Part shown: positions 17,232-24,408 of the stretch, one piece after another
Numbering within the stretch: the stretch's first letter is position 1
Layout of the letters: every line of letters starts with the position of its first letter
Origin: Actinomycetota bacterium
Lineage (GTDB): Bacteria > Actinomycetota > Thermoleophilia > Gaiellales > Gaiellaceae
Direction: 5' to 3'
DNA: 26,754 nt
Assembly: GCA_046723985.1 (NCBI GenBank)
Contig: JBKOVQ010000161.1
Coordinates: 1 to 26,754, forward strand
The notes under the pieces: model-generated
What the model saw: only the letters and a program-made list of their open reading frames with translations
Told to the model about the DNA's origin: nothing
Database searches by the model: none
Position numbers and translations under genes: made by a program

Positions 17232-18121
17232 TTGCTGGACGTGCCGAGTGCCGCGTTGAAGATGCGACGCGCGTGCGTCCCGGCGACCGTGTCCTTGACG
17301 GCGATCAGGTCGCACGCTCCCGAGAGGACGAGCTCGAACGTCCGCGCCGGGTACGGCTCGACGTTGTAGCGGTGCAGCTGGAGCGGATCGGTGTCCGGGC
17401 CGTTGGAACCGGAGATCGACGTGAAGGCGACGTCGTAGCCGGCCTGCTTGAGCAGGCTGAGGTGCACGAGGCGGTAATGGGCCTCGGAGCCCTTTACGTA
17501 GGCGAAGGCGCGCACCGGCCGCCGGAGCCGATCCTCGAGTCGGAGCTTGGAGAGGGTGATCTCGCGGGCCGCCTCGTCGACCTCGAGGTCGGCGAGCGGC
17601 CGGTGCCCGATTCCGTGCGACTCGACCCGGATCCCCGCCGCTTCGAGCTCGGCGAGTTCCTCCCACGACAGCGGCGGGTTGACGATCCCGCGTGCGGCCA
17701 GGTGCTCGTCGTGCGGCAGCGGCCGCGTTCCCGCGAGGTACCCGACCGGGACGAAGATCACGGCCGGATAGCCGTATTTCTGGAGCACCGGCGCGGCGTT
17801 CTCGAGGTTGTCGCGATAGCCGTCGTCGAACGTGATCAGCACCGCACCCGCGGGCAGCGGCGTCCCCAGCAGGTAGTGGTCGAGCACGGCATCGAGCGTC
17901 ACCGGCCGGTAGCCGAGCTGGGCGAGCTGGGCCATCTGCTCGTCGAACCGCCCGACCGGAACCGTGACCGAGTTCTCCGGGACGTCGTTGACCTTGTGGT
18001 ACATCAGCACGCGGAGCGTCCGCTGCTGCTCGCCGTCGACCGCCCCGACCCCGGCTGCGGTCTCGCCGAGCGCGCGGTAGACCCCGTTCTTCAGCGACTG
18101 TTTGATGCGGTCGGCACGCAC
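17228..18121 (-). CDS. Polysaccharide deacetylase (CE4/NodB), 297 aa
   Basis: VLMYHKV, LITFDDGYRDN, PAVIFVP, VESHGIGHRPL, FAYVKG (FAYP-like), GYDVAFT. GTG at 18121 has TACGAT 6 nt upstream. Confidence 0.9.
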   Translation of the reverse strand: MRADRIKQSLKNGVYRALGETAAGVGAVDGEQQRTLRVLMYHKVNDVPENSVTVPVGRFDEQMAQLAQLGYRPVTLDAVLDHYLLGTPLPAGAVLITFDDGYRDNLENAAPVLQKYGYPAVIFVPVGYLAGTRPLPHDEHLAARGIVNPPLSWEELAELEAAGIRVESHGIGHRPLADLEVDEAAREITLSKLRLEDRLRRPVRAFAYVKGSEAHYRLVHLSLLKQAGYDVAFTSISGSNGPDTDPLQLHRYNVEPYPARTFELVLSGACDLIAVKDTVAGTHARRIFNAALGTSSK

Positions 18122-18125
18122 GCGC

Positions 18126-19244
18126 CTATCGTAATCCCGCGACCAGCGCCTCCAGCCGGGCGGCGTATTCGTCCGGGGTGGCAACCCAGGCTTCGGCGCT
18201 CCGCTTCGCGCCCGCGCCGAGCTGCTCGGCAAGCCCGCGGTCGGCGAGCACCCGCTCGAGGGCGTCGGCGAGCACCTGCGGGTCGCGCGGCGGAACGAGG
18301 AGGCCGTTCTCGCCGTCGCGGACGAGGTCGACGATCCCGCCGACGCGTGAGGCGACTGCGGCCCGCCCGCGGCAGAACGCCTCGACGAGGACACGGCCCA
18401 TCCCCTCGGACCGGGACGGCAGGACGAGCACGGTCGCCGCGTCGAACGCGTCTGCGATCCCCTTGGTCGGGAGCACCTCGGTCCACTCGGTGCGATCCGG
18501 CAGCTCCGCGACCAGCCGCTCGACCACCTCGCGGCGAGAGCCCCGCCCGACGAGGTGGAGGGTCGCCTCCGGCAGCCGGGCGGCCACGATCCGCCACGCC
18601 TCGGCCACCTCGTCGATCCCCTTGTAGTGCTCGAGCACGCCGACGAAGAGCGCGCGCGGCGCGCGCGGCAGGGGGACGGTCGGGCCGAGGAACGGGTCCA
18701 GGTCCATGAAGGCGGGAAAGACGGCGGCCGGCTCCACCCCGTGCGAGCGGACGAGGCCCGTCGTGTAGTCGGAGATCGTCCGCACGGCGTCCGCGCCCCG
18801 CAGCGCCGACAGGGCGACCCGGTCAGCGATCGGGTTGAGCAGCCCGCGCGCCGGAGAGCCGTAGAGCCGGGTCGAGGAGCGCCAGTCGCCGTGCACGTCC
18901 AGGATCACATGCGGGCGAGCCCCGGAGAGCGCGCGGCCGAGGAGGACGAACCAGGTCTCGTGAGCACCCTGCACCAGCACGGCGTCGGGTGGCGTCGAGC
19001 GCAGCTCGCGGCGCGTCCGGAAGGGCAACGTAAGAAAGTAGAGGGCGCCGTCGAGCCGCCTCGGCCGCCATGGACCCGCGAGCTCGAACACGTCGTCGCG
19101 CCGCGGCGCGCCCTCCACGCCGCTCGCCAGGACGCGCATGTGGAACCGCTCGGCGAGCGCGTCGAACTTCGCCCGGAGGCTCTCGTTGAGGGGCAGCCGG
19201 TAACGCGTCCGGCCGATCATCAAGAGCCTCGGCTTGCGGCTCAT
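18126..19244 (-). CDS. GT4 glycosyltransferase, 372 aa
   Basis: MSRKPRLLMIG, LFVGVLEHYKG, LPSRSEGMGRVLVEAF, DLVRDGENGLLV. Confidence 0.9.
   Translation of the reverse strand: MSRKPRLLMIGRTRYRLPLNESLRAKFDALAERFHMRVLASGVEGAPRRDDVFELAGPWRPRRLDGALYFLTLPFRTRRELRSTPPDAVLVQGAHETWFVLLGRALSGARPHVILDVHGDWRSSTRLYGSPARGLLNPIADRVALSALRGADAVRTISDYTTGLVRSHGVEPAAVFPAFMDLDPFLGPTVPLPRAPRALFVGVLEHYKGIDEVAEAWRIVAARLPEATLHLVGRGSRREVVERLVAELPDRTEWTEVLPTKGIADAFDAATVLVLPSRSEGMGRVLVEAFCRGRAAVASRVGGIVDLVRDGENGLLVPPRDPQVLADALERVLADRGLAEQLGAGAKRSAEAWVATPDEYAARLEALVAGLR
18128..18133 (-). promoter_or_regulatory. Candidate internal -10 element TACGAT
   Basis: 6 nt upstream of the GTG at 18121, the canonical leaderless spacing. 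It is embedded in the 3' end of the upstream GT4. Confidence 0.5.
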
Positions 19245-19428
19245 CTGACGGCCCGCCCCGTTTGGCGAGAGGTTCTCGTCGCCGCGACCGACATGGCGGG
19301 CGCGGCAGAGCACGGCTTGCTGTGAAGGACGCAACCGCCGATGGCGAAGCAAGCGGCGGAGCTCGGAAGGGGGCTCACGGGGGAAACCAGCCGTTTCCCC
19401 CGTGAAGCGAGCCGAAGGTGAGCGACGG
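19245..19428. repeat. Hairpin-rich intergenic element (REP-like candidate) with a perfect 13-bp stem
   Basis: TCACGGGGGAAAC-cagcc-GTTTCCCCCGTGA at 19375-19405, with further inverted repeats GCCCGCC/GGCGGGC (19251/19295), CGAGA-ggt-TCTCG (19266-19278) and CCGCCG/CGGCGG (19335/19354). There is only one copy in the window, so repetitiveness is unproven. Confidence 0.55.
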
Positions 19429-20556
19429 TCACCGGGCCGCCTCTATGAGCATCGCCTCCAGGCAGGCGTAGACGGGCTCCGGCGCGAACCTGGCCATCGA
19501 GCCCGGCGCCGCGGCCCGCAGTCGCACGCGCAGCTCCTCGTCCGTGAAGAACCGGCGGATCGCCGCCGCGAGCGCCTGGGGATCGTCGGGCGGGACGAGC
19601 AGGCCGTTGAGGCCGTCCGTGACGATCTCGCCGACCCCGCCGACATCGGTCGAGATCACCGGCGTCCCGACAGCGAGGCCTTCGATCAGGGCGTGCGGGA
19701 AGTTCTCCCACCCGGACGAGAGCAGCTCCGCGTCGGCCGCGGCGAGCAGTTCGAGAACGGTCTCGCGCGGTTGCGCGCCGAGGAAGTGCACGCGGTCGCC
19801 AACGCCCAGGTCGGCGACGAAGGATTCGAGCCCGCTGCGCTCCGGTCCGTCCCCGGCCAGAACGAGCGCGACGCCCGCGCAGGCCGCCACCGCCCGCAGG
19901 GCGACGTCGAGCGACTTCTGGAGCGAGAGGCGGCCTGCGAACACGAGCGTCGGACCCTCGAAGCCGTGACGTTCCCGCAGCACGTCGCGGTCGCCGAGCT
20001 CCGGCACGGAAATCGGGTTCGGCAGCACGACGATCCGGTCGTCCCGGACGAGGTGCCACTCGCCGGCGAGCGTACCGAGAGATGCGCTCGGGATCACGTA
20101 GCGGTAGGCGCCCCACAGGGTCAGGTCGCGCACGACCTTCAGCCAGGCGATGCGCGGATCGTGCGAGCGCTGGAACTCCTCGATCGGCAGCCGCGTGAGG
20201 CCGTAGCGGAACGCGCGCTCGTAGGCGGGGTCGCCGGTCAGTTTGACGACGCTTCGGACTCGGGCGAGCAGCGAGCCGACGCGGGTGCGACCGTACATGC
20301 CGGTCGAGTAGACGACGTCGGCGCCGCGAGCGGCCCGGCGAACGAGAAGCGCGCCGCGGACGTAGCGGAGCAAGACCGGCTGCGCACGCGAGATCCAGTG
20401 GACCGGGTACGCCTCGGGTGCGGGCGCGGCAGGTGCGGTGGTCACGACCTCCACCTCGTGCCCACGATCGCGCAGGAACCCGGCCACCTCGGGAGCGTGG
20501 CTGGCGGGCCCGCCGACGTCGGGCGGCCAGATCCCGGTGACGATCACGATCCTCAC
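19429..20556 (-). CDS. GT4 glycosyltransferase, 375 aa
   Basis: GTGA-coupled to the flippase. MRIVIVTGIWPPDVGGPA, FAGRLSLQK, SGWENFPHALIEGL, EIVTDGLNGLLV. Confidence 0.92.
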   Translation of the reverse strand: MRIVIVTGIWPPDVGGPASHAPEVAGFLRDRGHEVEVVTTAPAAPAPEAYPVHWISRAQPVLLRYVRGALLVRRAARGADVVYSTGMYGRTRVGSLLARVRSVVKLTGDPAYERAFRYGLTRLPIEEFQRSHDPRIAWLKVVRDLTLWGAYRYVIPSASLGTLAGEWHLVRDDRIVVLPNPISVPELGDRDVLRERHGFEGPTLVFAGRLSLQKSLDVALRAVAACAGVALVLAGDGPERSGLESFVADLGVGDRVHFLGAQPRETVLELLAAADAELLSSGWENFPHALIEGLAVGTPVISTDVGGVGEIVTDGLNGLLVPPDDPQALAAAIRRFFTDEELRVRLRAAAPGSMARFAPEPVYACLEAMLIEAAR

Positions 20557-21836
20557 GGCGACGCCGCCGGTTCCGCAGCGTGCTCGCGTTGCAAGCGCAG
20601 AACGGCGACCGCCCAGGCGAGCGCGAACACCACCGTCGCGACCAGCACGGCCGCGGCGGCGCCGGCCGCGTCCCACAACGACCCGAAGACCAGCACGAGC
20701 GGAATCAGCACCAGCGTCCCGATGCCGTGCGTGGTGATCCGCAGCTCGGGCTTGCCCACCGAGACGGGCAGCGACTTCGTCCACGCGAAGACGAGGCCTA
20801 CCGCTCCGGCGAGCAGCATCAGGCGGGCGGCGTCCACTGCGGGGGCGTACTTGTCCGTGAACACGACTCGCATCAGCGTCGGCATCCACCAGTACAGGAA
20901 CGGGACCGACACGACCATCGCCGCCAGGGCGGCGGTGCTGTACCGCCGGAGGCCGGCGAACACGCGCGCCGAGGCGCCGGACTCCCAGTCGCGGGTCTGC
21001 TCCGTGATCAGGATCAGGCGGGCCGGTGCGGTGAGCGCGGTGAGCCCCGTCTGGGGCGCCTGGGCGGCGCGGAAGTAGCCGACCTGCCTCGGTATCGAGA
21101 CCGCCCCGAGGAGGAGCGGCACGATCGCGGTCCGCAGCGAGACGATGCCGGAACCGACACTGGAGCGGACCACGAAGCGGACGATCTCGTCGCGGTCCTC
21201 GCCGAGCGGCTCGGGCTGCGCAGCAGGGAATCGATTGAACACGGTGACCGCTGCCCGGCCGACCGCCACGGAGCCCGCGATCTGGCCGAGCACGAGCCCG
21301 AGCACCGCCTCGGTGACTCCGAACCGGGAGCCGACGACTAGACCGATCGCCCGCAGCAGCTGCGTCACCAGCGTGTAGGCGGCACGGACGTCGTATCGGC
21401 CGGTGAGGACGAGCGCGGCTCCGGCCGGCGCCTCCGGGATGTACGACAGCGGCAACAGCGCCGCGAGCAGGAAGGGATCGCGCAACCCGTGCGCGTTGAA
21501 CAGCGTGTCCGCGAACGGCGCGACGAGAGCGAGCGCGACCGACGCGAGCAGCGCGCCAACGGACTTCAGCATCATGGCGCGGCGGTAGAGACGCCGCAGG
21601 CGTCCCCAGCGGCCGGCGGTCGTGTAGCGGAAGCCGTACTTGATCATCGCCTCCTCGACGGTCAGGTCGAGCAGGACCTGGAAGAAGCCGGCGGCGAAGA
21701 TCGCCAGGGTGAACAACCCGTATTCGTCCGGGCCGAGCCGGCGCGCTGCCACGATGCTTGCCAGGAACCCGAGAGCAACGCTTCCGTAGAGGCCGAGCGC
21801 CGTAGCGGAGCGCCGCCACAGGAGGCGCGTTTGCAT
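20553..21836 (-). CDS. wzx: Wzx-type oligosaccharide flippase / polysaccharide exporter, 427 aa
   Basis: About 12 TM segments. ARRLGPDEYGLFTLA, DLTVEEAMIKYG, QVGYFRAA, DKYAPAV, LVFGSLWDAAGAAAAVL. ATG at 21836 has TATAGT 10 nt upstream. Confidence 0.85.
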   Translation of the reverse strand: MQTRLLWRRSATALGLYGSVALGFLASIVAARRLGPDEYGLFTLAIFAAGFFQVLLDLTVEEAMIKYGFRYTTAGRWGRLRRLYRRAMMLKSVGALLASVALALVAPFADTLFNAHGLRDPFLLAALLPLSYIPEAPAGAALVLTGRYDVRAAYTLVTQLLRAIGLVVGSRFGVTEAVLGLVLGQIAGSVAVGRAAVTVFNRFPAAQPEPLGEDRDEIVRFVVRSSVGSGIVSLRTAIVPLLLGAVSIPRQVGYFRAAQAPQTGLTALTAPARLILITEQTRDWESGASARVFAGLRRYSTAALAAMVVSVPFLYWWMPTLMRVVFTDKYAPAVDAARLMLLAGAVGLVFAWTKSLPVSVGKPELRITTHGIGTLVLIPLVLVFGSLWDAAGAAAAVLVATVVFALAWAVAVLRLQREHAAEPAASP

Positions 21837-21845
21837 CCGGGCGTC

Positions 21846-21855
21846 CACTATAGTG
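21846..21855. promoter_or_regulatory. Palindrome CACTATAGTG giving a TATAGT -10 element on both strands
   Basis: TATAGT (+, 21849-21854) is 8 nt before the GTG at 21863. TATAGT (-, 21852-21847) is 10 nt before the ATG at 21836. The gap is 26 nt. Confidence 0.65.
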
Positions 21856-21862
21856 CCCGCCG

Positions 21863-23308
21863 GTGGCGGCCAGGACGTCCTTGCGCACGGAGCGGGGCGT
21901 CGCGTTTCCGCACGCGTCTGCCGGTGCCTGGGTGCTCGCGCTCGCGTTCCCGATTCTGCTCGTGCACGTCGACTTCCAGCCCGGCTGGGACGCGACCGTC
22001 GGTTCGACGCATGCCCATATCGTCCTCTCCGACCTGGCTGTCCTCGCGTGTCTGGTGGCAGCGCTGGCGGCGGCGGTCCGGAACGGGCTCTCATCGCTCC
22101 GCGTGGGGGGGCCGGCATGGATCGCGATCGGCGTCTACCTCGCGTGGGTCTGTGCGGCAACCGTCTACCCGCTGCTCGGCTCCGATCCCTATCCCTGGCA
22201 CGACCATGCAGTCACGACGGCCAAGTACGTCGAGTACGCACTGCTCGCGCCGGCCGCGGTCCTGCTCCTGCGCAGCCGGGACGACCTGTTGCTCTTCCTG
22301 TTCGTCGCCGTCGCCTCGAGCGTTGCCGCGTCGACGCTGGCGGTCGTCCAGCTCTTCGGCTGGCGGATCGCCGGCGGCTGGCCGGCCGGCTACCGGCAGC
22401 CCTCCTTCCTCGGCCATCACGACTTCGCGGCGCTGTCGGGGGTCGCGCTCGTGGTCGCGCTGGCGGCGATCGCGCTGCCGAGATGGCGGATCGACCGGCG
22501 AGTGGCCATGGCAAGTGGCGTCGCGGGCGCCGTCGGTCTGCTCGTGTCCGGCTCGCTCGCGGGCGCGATCGGCCTGCTCGCCGCCGGGGTCGTCGCGGCC
22601 GTCGTCGCGCGCGGGTCGGCGCGTCGAATGGTCGCGATCCTCGGCGTCTCGCTCGCCGTGTTCGGCGGCGTCGTCCTCTTCCGCGGGGGCGACGTGAAGT
22701 CGTTCCTCCACTACGTCGGGATCGGCAAGAAGGAGGAGCAGCTCGGGGTCGAGAGCTACGTGCAGCGGACGATGCTCGTCTACTACGGCTGGCGGGTCTT
22801 CCTCGACCACCCCCTCGTCGGCGCCGGCTGGCAGGCGACGAACGACCCCGCTGTCTACGGGCCGCTGCTGCCGATCTTGCATCGCGAGTTCCCGAACACC
22901 CCGGACCAGGGCTTCCCCTCCCCCCAACACCCGTACGGCATCCAGAACGCGTACGTCCAAGCGCTGTCCGATCTCGGCGTCGTCGGGTTCGTGCTGTTTC
23001 TGGGAGCGCTGCTGACCCCGCTCGCGCTCGGGTTGCTCCGGCTCTTCCGGGGTCCACCCGAGGCGGACGCTCTCCTCCCCGTTTCGTGGCTGCTGGTGGC
23101 GATGGGCGTGCTGACCGCGATCGGCCTCGTCGCCGGCATCCCGCTCGACGCGGTTCTCTGGATCGCCGCCGGCCTCTGCGCCGGCCCGCCGTTGCTGGCA
23201 GCGACCGCCGCCGCAGGCGAACCAGACAACGATCCACTCCCCCACCCAGGGTGGGGAGCCGTCCCGCCGCCCGCTACCGGCAACGGTACCGGGAACCTCC
23301 GAACGTAA
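21863..23308 (+). CDS. O-antigen ligase/polymerase-like (Wzy_C/WaaL) membrane protein, 481 aa
   Basis: Multi-TM. RQPSFLGHHDFA, LVSGSLAGAIG and a periplasmic-type loop SYVQRTML...FLDHPLVGAGW...GIQNAYVQALSDLGVVG. The last 35 aa or so look like non-homologous read-through ending at the only TAA stop among the called genes. Confidence 0.8.
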   Translation: MAARTSLRTERGVAFPHASAGAWVLALAFPILLVHVDFQPGWDATVGSTHAHIVLSDLAVLACLVAALAAAVRNGLSSLRVGGPAWIAIGVYLAWVCAATVYPLLGSDPYPWHDHAVTTAKYVEYALLAPAAVLLLRSRDDLLLFLFVAVASSVAASTLAVVQLFGWRIAGGWPAGYRQPSFLGHHDFAALSGVALVVALAAIALPRWRIDRRVAMASGVAGAVGLLVSGSLAGAIGLLAAGVVAAVVARGSARRMVAILGVSLAVFGGVVLFRGGDVKSFLHYVGIGKKEEQLGVESYVQRTMLVYYGWRVFLDHPLVGAGWQATNDPAVYGPLLPILHREFPNTPDQGFPSPQHPYGIQNAYVQALSDLGVVGFVLFLGALLTPLALGLLRLFRGPPEADALLPVSWLLVAMGVLTAIGLVAGIPLDAVLWIAAGLCAGPPLLAATAAAGEPDNDPLPHPGWGAVPPPATGNGTGNLRT

Positions 23309-23465
23309 CCCACGCGGACAGGTGGCGGTTCCGTGCCAGTGTGTGCACAGGGCGACGGATCGGGGCGGGGAGTCAGCGCGCGCACCGACGGTTGGCCGCG
23401 CCGCCGCCTCGGGCCGTGCCGGGTCACGGCCGCTCCGCACACACGCACACGTCCCACCGTTGCCG
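23278..23465. other. Inverted-repeat-bounded structured segment of 188 bp (MITE-like or structured RNA candidate)
   Basis: Perfect 10-bp inverted repeat CGGCAACGGT (23278-23287) / ACCGTTGCCG (23456-23465), enclosing nested GTGTGTGC/GCACACAC (23339/23437) and GGCCGTG-ccgggt-CACGGCC (23412-23431). Confidence 0.45.
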
Positions 23466-23469
23466 TCAC

Positions 23470-23475
23470 TACGAT
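23470..23475 (+). promoter_or_regulatory. Candidate -10 element TACGAT
   Basis: 9 nt upstream of the ATG at 23485. Confidence 0.55.
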
Positions 23476-23484
23476 GGCTTCCCG

Positions 23485-24408
23485 ATGGCGAAGGTGCTCG
23501 TCACGGGCGGCGCGGGCTTCATCGGTTCCAACCTCGTCCGCGGGCTGCTCGAGCGTGGCGACGACGTCCGCGTGCTCGACAACTTCTCGACCGGGAACCG
23601 GGCGAACCTCGAGGGTCTGGACGTCGAGGTCGTCGAGGGCGAGCTGCGCAGCTACGAGCGCGTCCACAACGCCGTCCGCGGCACCGAGGTCGTCTACCAC
23701 CTCGGCGCGCTCGGCTCGGTTCCCCGCTCCGTCCAGGATCCGTTGACGTCGAGCGCGGTCAACGTCGAGGGGACGCTGAACGTCCTGCTCGCCGCCCGCG
23801 ACGAGGGCGTGCGGCGCGTCGTGTACTCGTCGAGCTCCTCCATCTACGGCTCGCGCGCAGGCCTGCCCGCGAGCGAGGATGCCGCGCCCGATCCGCTCTC
23901 GCCGTACGGCGTCGCCAAGCTCGCCGCCGAGCGTTACTGCATCTCGTTCTCTCGCGTCTACGAGCGCTTCGAGAGCGTGGTCGTCCGCTACTTCAACGTC
24001 TTCGGCCCCCGCCAGAGCCCCTCGTCGCAGTACGCAGGCGTCGTTCCCTTGTTCATCACCGCGATCGCCGAGGGCCGCCCCGTGACGATCGACGGCGACG
24101 GCGAGCAGCGCCGGGACTTCACCTACGTCGAGAACGTCGTCACCGGAACGATCCGTGCAGGCGACATGCCCGGCGTAAGCGGCAGGATCTTCAACCTGGC
24201 AGCCAGCTCCCCCGCGACCGTGAACGAGCTGGCGGACACGATCGGGGGCATCCTCGGCAAGCCTGTCGAGCGTCGTGCTGCTCCGCCTCGTGCCGGCGAC
24301 ATCAGGGACTCCTGGGCAGACATCTCCGCCGCGCGCGAGACGCTCGGGTACGAGCCGACCGTCGGGTTCGAGGAAGGGCTCCGACGGACGATCGATCACC
24401 TCCGATGA
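23485..24408 (+). CDS. NAD-dependent epimerase/dehydratase (UDP-hexose/HexNAc 4-epimerase-like), 307 aa
   Basis: MAKVLVTGGAGFIGSNL, HLGALGSVPRSV, YSSSSSIYG, SPYGVAK (YxxxK), RYFNVFGPRQ, GDGEQRRDFTYV, RAGDIRDS. ATG at 23485 has TACGAT 9 nt upstream. Confidence 0.92.
   Translation: MAKVLVTGGAGFIGSNLVRGLLERGDDVRVLDNFSTGNRANLEGLDVEVVEGELRSYERVHNAVRGTEVVYHLGALGSVPRSVQDPLTSSAVNVEGTLNVLLAARDEGVRRVVYSSSSSIYGSRAGLPASEDAAPDPLSPYGVAKLAAERYCISFSRVYERFESVVVRYFNVFGPRQSPSSQYAGVVPLFITAIAEGRPVTIDGDGEQRRDFTYVENVVTGTIRAGDMPGVSGRIFNLAASSPATVNELADTIGGILGKPVERRAAPPRAGDIRDSWADISAARETLGYEPTVGFEEGLRRTIDHLR

Noticed and set aside
19375-19405. 13-bp hairpin as a Rho-independent terminator
   Set aside because: No U-tract follows it on either strand and it lies inside a co-directional block whose downstream gene has no visible promoter. 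It is better treated as part of a REP-like element.
23309-23484. Known riboswitch or tRNA-like element in the intergenic gap
   Set aside because: I recognised no conserved aptamer core or cloverleaf/T-loop motif. It is kept only as an unassigned structured segment.
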